Below are positions 42,159 to 54,147 of a DNA stretch of 64,000 nt, piece after piece; position 1 is the first letter of the stretch, and each line of letters opens with the position of its first letter. Position numbers and translations under genes: made by a program. Origin of the DNA: Octopus vulgaris (taxonomy: Eukaryota); the NCBI GenBank assembly GCA_951406725.2, contig OX597820.1, positions 39,742,001 through 39,806,000 of the forward strand, in the 5' to 3' direction. The notes below the pieces were generated by a model. The model had not been told where the DNA came from and made no database searches. It worked only from the letters and a program-made list of their open reading frames with translations.

Positions 42159-42385
42159 ACAAACAAAAATACCCTGTTGTTGATGTTGAAATTCCAATGA
42201 AGGAGCCTTGAATCTAAGTTAGAAATCGGATCTTCTCTATTGGCAACAATACTTGAAATAAAATTGAATAATGCCATACATATACATACATACATACATA
42301 CATACACACACACATATACATACATGCATTCATACAAACATACATACATACATATACATACATACATACATGCATACATACATTG

Positions 42386-42418
<33 letters not shown>

Positions 42419-42709
42419 TATATATATTTGAGTACCTACATATATGTACACACTTAAAAGAGGACTTATTTAGAAATCTACATGTAAAGGTAAAGTCATA
42501 AATATGTGCGTGCTAACATACAAACGTACAGAAACGCCCACCACCCTCCCGTCTAAAACACATATATATACATATATATTTAATATTTATACATTTCTAT
42601 ATTTATTTCATGATGGTGTATATTTTGTAATATATTGTATTGCAATCGCATTTTTTTCTTTCTACTTGAGCAATGAGGAATTAAATAAATCGACATCGTC
42701 ACTTTGTAG

Positions 42710-42872
42710 ATGTCATGATCATGATCATCATAATCATTATGATGATGATCATCATCATTATAGTCAACAGCAGCAGAAGCACTATTATTATTATCACTAT
42801 TATTATTGTTGTTGTTGTCAGTATTGTTGTTTTTGTTATTGCTATAATCACTGCTGTTGGTGTTGCTGCTAT

Positions 42873-42916
<44 letters not shown>

Positions 42917-42917
42917 T

Positions 42918-42956
<39 letters not shown>

Positions 42957-43720
42957 AACTCCTACCATCACCGCCACCACCACTACTACTACTACTACAA
43001 CTACTACCACAACTATTACCACTACTACTACTACTACTACCACCACCACCACCACTACTACTACAACTACTACCACAACTACTGCTGCTATACAACTACT
43101 ACCACCACCACCACCACTACTACTACAACTACCACCACCACCACCACCACCACTACTACTACAACTACTACCACAACTACTGCTGCTACTACAACTACTA
43201 CCACCACCACCACCACTACTACTACAACTACTACCACAACTTCTACTACTACCACAACTACAACTACTACCACCACCACCACCATCACCGCCGCCACCAC
43301 TACTACTATTACTACTACTACTACTACTACTACTGCTGCTGCTACTACTACTACTACTACTACTACAACCACCACTACTACTACTGATGCTTTTGTTACT
43401 AATTTTAGCATTTGTTGTTGTTGTTGTGATGCTGTGCTGGCATCGGTAAGAAGTATGACACAAAAGATAAACAGTTGGGACAGGTTGGAAATATGACACA
43501 AACATGACAGGTGACATTAGAGAAAAAGAGATAATAGTGGAAACAACAATTTACAACAACAGCAACAGCAACAACAACAACAACAACAATTGCAGCTACA
43601 ACGACAACAATAAGAATAACAATAATCACGAGAACAAGTACATCACATCGACTACAACACCAAACAGTCTACATCACAACAGCAACAACAATAGCAACGA
43701 CAGCATCAAGACAAACAGTC
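42710..43720. repeat. Large compound trinucleotide microsatellite (ATC, CTA, CCA, CAA)
   Basis: Read directly. Confidence 0.95.
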
Positions 43721-44342
43721 AGGATAACAATATATAAATGGTAAAAAAAAAACCCCCCCCCCAAACAACTATAAAATTACTATAGCAAACATGGTGTCTT
43801 CTCTGGCAGAAACAAACAAGGAAAAAGATCATGGGAAAATACAGCAAGCGACAATGTGAAAGTCAGGAAGAAAAGCAACAAAGCTAACAGTAATGAAAAT
43901 AAAAAACAAAAACAAATCAAAAAGAACTGTTATATGTTCATCATCATCATCATTAACGTCAGCATCATCATTATCATCATGACCAAAAACAAAAACAACA
44001 ACAACAACAGTAGTAGCAGCAGTACAAGCAGCAATAGTACAAATAAAGGTTTTGAAATAGATTGCACATGATGCGCTTTGCCATCACGTTGTGAAGGAGT
44101 GGAATGTAAAGGAGAGTGAAGAACAAAGAGAGAATAAGAATTGTGAGGAGAGAGGGAAAGAGATAGAGAGGGAGAAAGAGAGAGTAAAATAGAAGAGAAA
44201 GGTGAGTGTCAAGTAAAAACAAAAATTAAACAAAGCAAAAAACAACGCAACACACCAATAATTTGAAACGAGTAAGCAAAGAGGAAGAGACATAATATAA
44301 AGAATAGAGGTAGAGAGAAAGAGTGAGAGACAGAGAGAGAAA

Positions 44343-44374
<32 letters not shown>

Positions 44375-44623
44375 GAATAGAAAGAAAGAGTAAAGAGTGA
44401 TGAAGTGATTTGAAAAGATGTTTGTGAATTCTCTGCCTTGATTGACTATCAACAACTGTCTTAATGCATCTAGGACTACACCATATGATGGGTCTTCCTC
44501 CTTTAAGACGAAACAATGTTATTTGAAGGACATTATGCTGCTATTTACAGCAGGAAGAGAAACCATACAGAGATCTCACATCACGATAATGTAGTATCTT
44601 ATTAAATTAAAATACCCTTAAAA

Positions 44624-44823
44624 CCCTTAGCATTTAAACCGGCCATATCTGGTCCAAATATTCTACCTATTTTATGTACAGACTGACCATATTCTGCCCT
44701 CATAACCTACCTTACAATGCCATTCTAAAAGTATTCAATCGCATGGTACAAAGCTTGAAGCTACGAGATAATGCACGAGTGAATGAATAAGCATTACATT
44801 TGACTAATCTGAATGATAAAGGA
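44624..44823. mobile_element. piggyBac-like MITE, decayed
   Basis: Termini cccttagcattt and gaatgataaagga followed by ttaa resemble TTAA-flanked CCCTTTAGCATT TIRs. Confidence 0.5.
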
Positions 44824-45261
44824 TTAAACATACGAGATGGTCAAATTTGGAATGTTTGTGCTCATAGTTCTGCTCATCCGGGATCTGCATACCAAAAATA
44901 TCTTTCATAATATGGCATTAATAACTCTCTTTACTATAGACACAAATCTTGAAATTTTAAAGGGCAGAGCTAGCTGGCTACATCGATCCCAAAATATAGA
45001 CATACTTGATAAATACGTTATTGTATGTTACAAACTTATTTATCAAATCTAATCTTATAATATGTAACAAGTTGCACTCGGTTTGTATTTATAAAGTATT
45101 ATTCATAGATATACTTGTGATGTAAATATTATTTATTGAAAACAAATCTCTTATAATAAATGAATACTAATTCAGAATTTGTTAGAAATATATTAAATAG
45201 ACTGATTTAGCATGCAATAATTTTGATAATTTGGTAAATATTAGTTGATGCAAGTATGTGA

Positions 45262-45296
<35 letters not shown>

Positions 45297-45298
<2 letters not shown>

Positions 45299-45511
45299 TA
45301 ATCCAAACATGAAAACACAAAACGAAAACGCAACAATGCGAGGACGTGGAACAAGTATAGTGTTATTGGACGCTCAGGAAAGGAAAGAAAGAAGGAGAAT
45401 TTAATGTTTCGAACGGAGTTCTTCGTCAGAAACATAGAAAAAGGAACGGTCCAAGGAAGGGAAGACGGAGAAAGAAAATCGCCAACGATACACACGCGGT
45501 CACATATTGAA

Positions 45512-45515
<4 letters not shown>
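45297..45515 (-). mobile_element. Penelope-like terminal repeat inside (TA)n, containing a minimal hammerhead (45397-45435)
   Basis: ttt CTGACGA a gaac-tcc-gttc GAAA cattaaa; (TA)n on both sides. Confidence 0.7.
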
Positions 45516-45574
<59 letters not shown>

Positions 45575-45582
45575 GTATATAT

Positions 45583-46318
45583 AACAGACAAAAAACACAA
45601 CTAGGGGAAACCATCAAAACACAACGTGCGAAAAAAAGGGCGATAGCATGACAGCGGCAAGCAAGACAAAATATGATATACGGATCATTCGCAGTCAATT
45701 GCCTCTTCAGTCGGAGTCTGGAATGTCCACGTAGTTTCGTATACTTATCTCCGATACTACTCAAAACCGTCAGGGTCAGGGACGTAATCGAAAAGCATTA
45801 AGCTTCTGAGCAAGGCAAACAAATGCACATGTACGAAAATAAATAAGTAAACAATAGAAAAGGTCTTTCGACTATCGGACAAGTGGAACATATGAAATAG
45901 AATTAGAAATATACAAGGGGCAAACGCTTTCGGCTATACAAGAAATGGAAAATGATTATACAATTACAACAAAAATAAAAGAAAACAAACAGGATTTTTC
46001 GACTATCAGACAAGTATGGTAAGCTAGAGCAAGGAAAGTGGAGATGGAAAAATCTTAACAGACCGGGCTGCAGGACAGAGCAGAACAGTGCAGAGGCGAC
46101 CGACCACAAAGGCGCCCGACTGAAAAAGGATGACCATGTCTGGGCCGGACAGCGATCACATGGTAGAGGAGGGGAGGAGTTGAAGAGAGCAGTGGGGTTA
46201 AGAAATAGGAGAGAGGAGAAAGAAAACAGAGGGAAAAAGAATGTGAGGGAGGGGAAGAGAGAAAAATCTACAAGATAGGTAAGGGAGGTAAGTACAAGGG
46301 AGGTAAGTAAGAGATAGT
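45583..46318 (-). mobile_element. Divergent non-coding hammerhead-bearing element, copy D
   Basis: Same architecture as B and C on the minus strand: CT-rich tract, T-rich segment, permuted hammerhead, then a TA-rich end. Confidence 0.55.
45695..45760 (-). ncRNA. Predicted non-circularly permuted hammerhead, copy D
   Basis: GTAGT A TCGGAG ataagtatac GAA ACTAC gtggacattccaga CTCCGA CTGAAGA ggcaa. Stems I (6 bp) and III (5 bp) are perfect; stem II pairs poorly. Confidence 0.55.
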
Positions 46319-46321
46319 TGC

Positions 46322-46697
46322 GGAACTGTTTCCGGAGGGAAGCGCAGTCTTTCAGGATGATAATGCACCAATTCACACAAGGAACATTCTAGTGAAGATG
46401 TACATCTTATGTGGCCACCACAGTCCGCAGATCTCAATATCATTGAACATTTATGGTGCATTTTAGAAAAGCAAGTAAGGAGGCAATATTCTCCACCATC
46501 ATCACTACAAGAATTGGAAACTGTTTTAGCTGAAGAATGGATAAAGATTCCTTTGGAAACAATCCAAACTTTGTACGAGTCCATGCCTCGTAGAATTCAA
46601 GCTGTAATTACTGCTGCCAAAAGGCGGTCCTACCCCTTATTAAAATAAATTTGTTTGAAATTTTAAGGTGTTTCCATTATTGTGTCCAACCTCTGTA
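46322..46697 (+). mobile_element. Tc1 transposon 3' end
   Basis: FQDDNAPIHT...WPPQSADLNIIEHLW...LYESMPRRIQAVI, then a terminal repeat ending CCAACCTCTG-TA. Confidence 0.9.
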
Positions 46698-47077
46698 TAT
46701 ATATATATAATAAGTATTCACCTTTTTTGTGGTGTGCTTATTTAATCGATCCCGAGCGGAAGGAAGGCGAAGTCGGTAGCATTTGAGATTTGAGCTCAGA
46801 ATATAAATCCAGAAGAAATGTTGTTATGTATTTTGGTCAACATACTAATGATTCTACCGTATCGCCGCTTTAAATGTGACATTAATCCTGAATGTAGCTT
46901 CTTCATTATTGTTGTTACGTTCTAGATAATATGTGACTAAAATTTCTTAGGACCAAAGCTGCGTTTGACTGCATTTGACACATTATGCAATGTGCACCTT
47001 AATTTCCAAGGCTGTATCGTTTGATTTGAGGAAGGCTGGAACGATATTTCCGAGAGATCAAAGGAAAAGTTCAACAT

Positions 47078-47295
47078 TACGAGGGGTCCAGAAAAGTACC
47101 TAACTTGGAGTAAAAGAAAATACACGAGGATCAGTTAACTATGATTTTATTCAATATATTCCCCTCTCAGATTCACACACTTTTTACAATGGTCCTCCAG
47201 TTTTCTAAGCCCTGTAAAAGAACTCGGTAATATGGTCTCCAACCTAGGATTTTGCAATACCCTTAAAGCCAGAAACTTTTCAGCACCCTTTCGTA
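47078..47295. mobile_element. Mariner-derived MITE (~218 bp)
   Basis: TIRs TACGAGGGGTCCAGAAAAGT and ACTTTTCAGCACCCTTTCGTA. Retains the transposase tail TGLRKLEDHCKKCVNLRGEYIE* on the minus strand. Confidence 0.85.
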
Positions 47296-48929
47296 TAGTT
47301 GCTGTATAATCATTCACATCATACATATTTTCGTTTCCTATGAACAACAGCGATGATAATTTGATTTACTGTGACCGGACAGAGCTTTATCATTCATTTA
47401 ACCTTGGTATATTGCAATATTTTGTGTTGATGCAGTATATCTAGTTTAAGACTGGCCTTGCGGCATCTATCTACCGTCTGATTATATTTGATCGCAGAGC
47501 GATAAGTCAACCAGAAATTTATCAGTTTTATAAGGCATCTCTGTCCAGAGATGAGTCAAAAGATATGAACCTATATACGACAAGGTGACCTGTGACGCTG
47601 AAAAGTTTGTGTGCTGATCACTCAAGCAGAACATGTATGTATGAATGTATGTATTTATGCATGTATCCTTGCTCGCATGTGTGTCTATATGTGTATGTAT
47701 GCGTGTGTATGTGTATGTGCGTGTGTGAGCGCGCTCGTGTGCATGTGCCTGTGTGTGTGTGTGTGTATGCGTGTGTGTGTGTGTGCGCGTGTGTGTGTGT
47801 GTTCAAATTTCGGTACTGCATATCGACGAAGAATATAAAAATTGGATATGAAAACAGTACTATACGAAAGAAGATCCTTGATATACTTGTTCTGCATCAT
47901 CTTATGCGTATTTCCTTATCACTTTCGGCTTTTGAAATGCAGGGAACCAGAGATTGGTCTGTTAGGAAAAGTACTTCATTTTTATGTTACTCCGGTCCAC
48001 CTACATGTCAAAATTAGTATTGTTTGTGTCGCTAAGTATAGCAGCGTTCGCAAGTCAGTGGTAGCACCCCACCCCCCGCAAAAAAAGAAGCCTTCAGACA
48101 TGAAAATTAACACATTCAGAGGTGGATTGTTATATGTCACCTTTTAAAGACGTGTGATCTATAGTGATGTGGGGTTCTGTGATTGAGAGTGCAGATTATA
48201 ACAATGGCATATTAGGAGGTAATTGATCATTTTTAGGTAGGAATTGATAAGGAAATAAATGTCGTATTTTTCAGCATACAAATCAACGTAGTACATGACG
48301 TAAATATGTAGAGGAGACATTCAAACATCATCTCTAAATCCTGCTGAATTTCAGATTGAAGTTTTGGTCCTCCAAAATCGTCTTGGTGTATAAGTCGACC
48401 TACTTTATTTAACGGCATGAAAATACGGCAGTTAATATACGGATACACATGACACCATAATTATATCTCATACACACGCACGGATACAATGTAAATACAG
48501 TCATATAAATGCACAATACATAATATGTGTCTGTATGGCTTTTTTGTAAGAGCAAGTATAACCACAACACAATTAAATATAGAACTCAATAGCAAATAAT
48601 ATGTGGGTGGAATATTTATATTTAATTATACGACAAATATTCAGTGGTTTCTCATCTCAAGGGAAATTTTCAAGCAATTACTCGGATATTGGTTTGTATA
48701 GTTAAATTACAAATATATTCGTCGATGATTATAATGGTAGAATATATTCGAATCTTTTATTTTTTTCAATATTAAATAAACGCTTGAGAAACCCTTTTAA
48801 GAGCGAATCAATTCTCCAATTTAAGAGAGAATTAATTCTGGCATAATGAAACAATAAAAGCAACAATGACATCAATAGCATAACAACAATAACAACAACA
48901 AACCATCACCACCACCACGCCGGGTATGT

Positions 48930-49927
48930 ATTCAAAAGCAGTCACGAAAAAGACAACCATTTCTTATTCATGGATGACCTCAAACTTTATGGTAAAGATG
49001 AAGCCCAAGTCAGTTCCCTCATTGATACGGTACTGATATCAGAATGGAGTTCGGACTGAGAATGTGTGGTGTGTTAGTCTTGAAGAGAAGCAAAATCAAA
49101 TGTATGGACGGGCTAGCGATACTTTCGGGGGTGAAGCAGATAGAAGAGACGGGCTATAAGTGGGGATTTTGGAAATGGATAAATTGATGGAGAAAGAAAT
49201 GACAGAAAAAATTAAGGTGGAGTACTTGCGCAGACTGAGACTGATCCTAAAGTCGAAATTAAACGGACGGAATAAGACTGAAGCTATCAACACCTGGGCG
49301 GTTTCACTCCTTAGATATGGAGCAGGGGTAATCTCATGTACAGTAGACGAATTAAACAGCTTAGACAGAAATAGAATGACGTTACTTACTAGATATGGGA
49401 CACATCCACCCAAAACGTGACACAGTCAGACTGTATGTACCAAGAAAAATAGGGGAAGAGAACTGATTGGATGCGAACACAGTATTAGAGCAGAAGATAA
49501 TAACATAACATGGTATGTAAGAAATGCCTATGGGATTTTATGGGATCCTATTAAGATCCTACGGAATTTTATGATTCAGAGCGACCATGAAATAGAAAAT
49601 AGAAAGCCAGACATAGTCTTAATTGAAGAAGAAGCAAACTATGCTGGATCATAGATATAGCATGCCCTGCTGACAACAAGGTATGCGATAAGGAAGAAGG
49701 TAGAGCAGTTGTGGTCGATGAAAAGGTGGTAGTGGTACCAATAATTGTCGGAAAAGTACATGGAACAAATAGGAGCTGCAATAAGGGTGGAGCACTTGCA
49801 GAAAACGGCACTTCTTGGAACTGCTCGAATACTCCGGAAGGTACTCGAAAAATAAGAGGTGTTACCTTAGTTCACAGGTTGTGAACATCTGCCACTGTAG
49901 TACATCTTCAGCGTTAGAAGCTGTGCA

Positions 49928-49930
<3 letters not shown>
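48930..49930 (+). mobile_element. Dong/R4 LINE 3' fragment ending in (TAA)n
   Basis: NHFLFMDDLKLYGK...LKSKLNGRNKTEAINTWAVSLLRYGAG...RKPDIVL...LQKTALLGTARILRKVLEK*. Confidence 0.9.
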
Positions 49931-49991
<61 letters not shown>

Positions 49992-49992
<1 letters not shown>

Positions 49993-50547
49993 CCTGATGC
50001 AGTACCTGACAGTGGATCTCACAGCCACTGATCTTAACCGATTGGAAGTGTTATCATGTGCATTGTTTTGTCTTGGTATAAAAGATGGGCTACAGTAAAT
50101 ATTCTGCTCAGTACCAAAGATTTGCTTGTCAGTTGTTTGACCTTAACCGGTTGACCATGTCCCTTAGTGGCTGACGATATTTGCAACTCTGAATACAAGC
50201 AGAAGTAGTGGGGAAGCATCATAGCTGTGTGTTGAAAAGAATTCTTAGAGGTTTGGATAATTCACCTTTGGAAACATTGGTGGTTCGTTCAACATCCTTA
50301 AACAATCCTTATTTAGGGACCTTTTGAGCGGAGGGGGGGTCTCCTCGCCCAGAAGAAAATTCTAACTGGGCCCCACCTGCAAGTTCATGCGCTGTTTATC
50401 TTGATATGAGATCACCATGTCACGCACATATGGTTGTGATGCATGTACCTGGTGTACCCTTATCGGACGGGTAGTCATGATGGATATACTGGGCTTTGTA
50501 TATTTTACCCCAGTGTCATTTTGATGGCATGCACTGCTCTCTCACTC

Positions 50548-50548
<1 letters not shown>
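49992..50548 (+). mobile_element. ~560-bp non-coding element with (TAA)n on both sides
   Basis: Starts ccctgatgcagtacc and ends ctctctcactcaa. Homologues at 8143-8256 and 57509-57770. Confidence 0.8.
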
Positions 50549-50601
<53 letters not shown>

Positions 50602-50610
50602 CATAATAAT

Positions 50611-50666
<56 letters not shown>

Positions 50667-50668
<2 letters not shown>

Positions 50669-51030
50669 TGTTCTTTATTAACCACAATGGTTGACAAAAA
50701 GTTCGAGAACATATTGAGGGTTTACAAAAAAAAAAAAAAATGAACAGAAGAAAATAGCAGACGCAGAAATAAAATTCAACCAAATAGGTTCCTAAAGATG
50801 GGAAAACTTTGAGGACCACTGGAAATCCGATGAAATTATTTTTGATTTTACTTTTATCACTAAGGCAAGGGCCCAATCCCAGTTCCTCTTCCATCTACAA
50901 GATCATGCTCAGAGCGATCCCATTCACTAGGACAACGAAAGTCGCTCTCATAAATCTTTCAACAAATTTGTTACGAGGTAGCATCTCTCTAATCTCATTT
51001 TCATTTTCAAATGAAACTTGAAAACGTTGT
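50667..51030 (-). mobile_element. L1/Tx1-group LINE 3' end abutting (ATT)n
   Basis: FKFHLKMKM.LER...LSMIL*, homologous to the 19739 copy; ends GTGGTTAATAAAGAA. Confidence 0.65.
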
Positions 51031-51138
51031 TGAGAACTTGTCGAAAGAGGTAGGTGTAATTTTAAAGCCCTTTAAATCTCGTTATTGCAGAAATCCAGGT
51101 GAGAGAAGATTGTGACAAATAGAAGCGGGTATACGTAT

Positions 51139-51553
51139 TACTCTTTTACTCTTTTACTTGTTTCAGTCATTTGACTGCGGCCATGCTGGAGCACCGCCTT
51201 TAGTCGAGCAAATCGACCCCGGGACTTATTCTTTGTAAGCCCAGTACTTATTCTATCGGGGTTCTTTTTGCCGAACCGCTAATTGACGGGAAGTAAACAC
51301 ACCAGCATCGGTTGTCAGGCAATGCTAGGGGGACAAACACAGACACTCAAACATATACACACACATACATATATATATATACATATATACGACAGGCTTC
51401 TTTCAGTTTCCGTCTACCAAATCCACTCACAAGGCTATGGTCGGCTCGAGGCTATAGCAGAAGACACTTGCCCAAGATGCCACGCCGTGGGACTGAACCC
51501 AGAACCATGTGGCTGGTTAGCAAGCTACTTACCACACAGCCACTCCTGCGCCT
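51139..51553 (-). mobile_element. Full-length tRNA-derived SINE (resembles octopus OK-type) with internal (TA)/(TG) tract and LINE-derived tail
   Basis: Head GGCGCAGGAGTGGCTGTGTGGTAAG...GGGTTCAGTCCC; tail GGCGGTGCTCCAGCATGGCCGCAGTCAAATGACTGAAACAAGTAAAAGAGTAAAAGAGTA. Confidence 0.88.
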
Positions 51554-51821
51554 ATGTTGATATTTACACGTATGTGTAAATATCACTTTTTGGAGTGATG
51601 ATTTGAGTAGAGTGTGTATCTTAGATAGCGGAGATAAGCTGGAGATTTGCGTCTCATAGAAAAATATATGTGGACTGCATATTAACAAGAGTTGTTGTTC
51701 TTTGCAAGAGTTGATAAAATAATGATGATGATGATGACGAGATGATGATGACGACGGCGGTTTTTGAATAATCTTTTCTATAAGGGAATTTGCTTGAAAG
51801 AAACTGAGTGGAAGCCCGTTG

Positions 51822-51890
<69 letters not shown>

Positions 51891-51893
51891 CTA

Positions 51894-51949
<56 letters not shown>

Positions 51950-52021
51950 TCTATATATCTACCTTTCTTTCTATCTATCTATTTCTTTATCTGTCTGTGT
52001 GTCTGTTTGTCTATGTATATG

Positions 52022-52061
<40 letters not shown>

Positions 52062-53409
52062 AGTGTACACGTATAACAATGCACGTATGTGTGTGCACCT
52101 GTATTTGCGTCCATAACTCTACAGACTGACAACCAGTGTTGGTTTGTATATGTCCCTGTAACGTAAAATAATAAAACAAGCGCTTGAGTGGAGATATTAG
52201 ACTCAGCCATTCAAGGTGGCGTCCCAGCATTAGAATGACAAGAAAATAATATGGTGGACAGGACTTGAAATAAAGTTTTAATTAAACGTTGTTTTGAATA
52301 TATGCATGTTATTTACTAATTTTGTCAGTTCGTGGAAGGGTGCACGTTTTCATTCCATTTTTTGTTTCATTGGAAATATCGAAGGGCGTGGGACGAAATA
52401 GTATAGGAACTGCTAATCTAAGCTTACAGTAAATCATTCATTTATCTGACTTTTTCTTTTTTCTGTTCCTTCATACAGCTGTCTGCTCAAGCATATATCC
52501 ATTTTGTGTACATACGTAAAGATCTTTGCTCGTTTTACTATCCATAAATTCAATGCTTACGCATTTGTTCCTATTTATACCAGCTTGACACTTTTCATTA
52601 TGATAAGAGCTGGTTAGTAAGTGAGTTATAAATCATCCTTTGTAAAGTTTTACACTACAATGAACCGCTTAAATCCAATACTAACCCTCTGAATAGTCCT
52701 ACAAATGTTTACGACCTTCACACAAAGACACACGCGCGCCCCCCGCATGCATGCACGCGCTCACAAATGAACGTGTATATATGTATTATATGGGTATGTA
52801 TTTATGGGTCTGTGTTTTTCATCCTTCTTTGCAAGCATATAATTGTATTTCCCGATTTATTTAATAGTTACTTAGCTCTACGGCAATGATACTTTTTCTT
52901 TTGTTACGAAAACATCTAGCTGCGCTCTTCGTATTATCCTGTTACTCATATGTTCTTTGTTGAAGACAGTACGCTTGCCTCTAGTAGAACATTACATTGG
53001 CCAATAGAATCTTTCACTCGGAAAGGGATGCTTTTGATTATACTTGATGGGAGTTACCAGAATATAAGTAAAGATACTTATATTAATTGAAAGAGACTGT
53101 TGTCATGAAACCACAACTAAAGTTAGTAGGTAATATACACCCGTTTGTATATTTAGAAAACTCAAGACGTATTAAACAATGTCATGAATAGACATATCAG
53201 TTTGATGTCTCTTGTTTAGCCTTTCTCACATATATATGAGTCATAAAGTAAATGATCATTTTTCTGTCATGAAACAGAGTTAAATATACTGCCTTGAGAA
53301 CACACAAATGTATGTTCAATCATGTAGAACTCTCAGACATGTTTTCATATAATCTGGTTTTGTTTTCTCCCTGATGTCATGAAATGACATATGATATTAT
53401 TTGAAGTAC

Positions 53410-53780
53410 TAACGCGGTGAGTTGGCAGACGGGTGAAATATTTGCCGCATTTCCTCTTTCCGAAGTCCTGAATTCGAATTCTGCTGAGATCGACTTTATC
53501 TTTCATCCATTCGGGGTCGATAAAGTAAGTATCATTTGAACACCTGCGTCGATGTAATCGACTTATTCCCTCCCACCACATTGCTAACTTTGTGCCAAAA
53601 TTTGAAATCAGTATTATTAAAAGTGCTTTATGTTATGAGTTTAAATATTGGTGCGTCCAACTTTGCCTTTTAACCCACAGAATACGATAAAATAAAGTAC
53701 CAGTCATGCATGGCAGTCGATTTGATAGACTATATGTTTCCACCAAAGTTTCTGGCATTATTCTAACGTTAGAAATCAAT
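53410..53780 (+). mobile_element. Two tandem Nin/Deu-type SINE copies
   Basis: ggtgagttggcaga...gaattcgaattctgctgagatcgactttatctttcatccattcggggtcgataaa...ttgtgccaaaatttgaaa, followed by a second decayed copy. Confidence 0.7.
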
Positions 53781-54062
53781 ATTTTTCAAGGCATACAAAA
53801 TAGTTCATGTGAAAACATCTCCAAAAATCTGTCACCAGAATACTTTCAGGTACATTAAAAAAATTCGTTATAAGAAACTTCACTGATTTAAATTGAAATA
53901 GCCAAGTGATGATAACTACTTTAAGAAAATTATTTTGTGCCAACTTAGTCATGAAAATTACATTGCGGAAAGTACACCAAGAAAACGTGGCATGAAAACT
54001 ACATAAAAATGAGAAGGAAAATAACGTGGAAAAAAATCATATACTAAACAAAAGATATGATA

Positions 54063-54147
<85 letters not shown>

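Noticed and set aside
49992-50060. 5S rRNA-derived head for the 560-bp element
   Set aside because: Only a loose ctgatct...ggaag resemblance; no recognisable internal control region.
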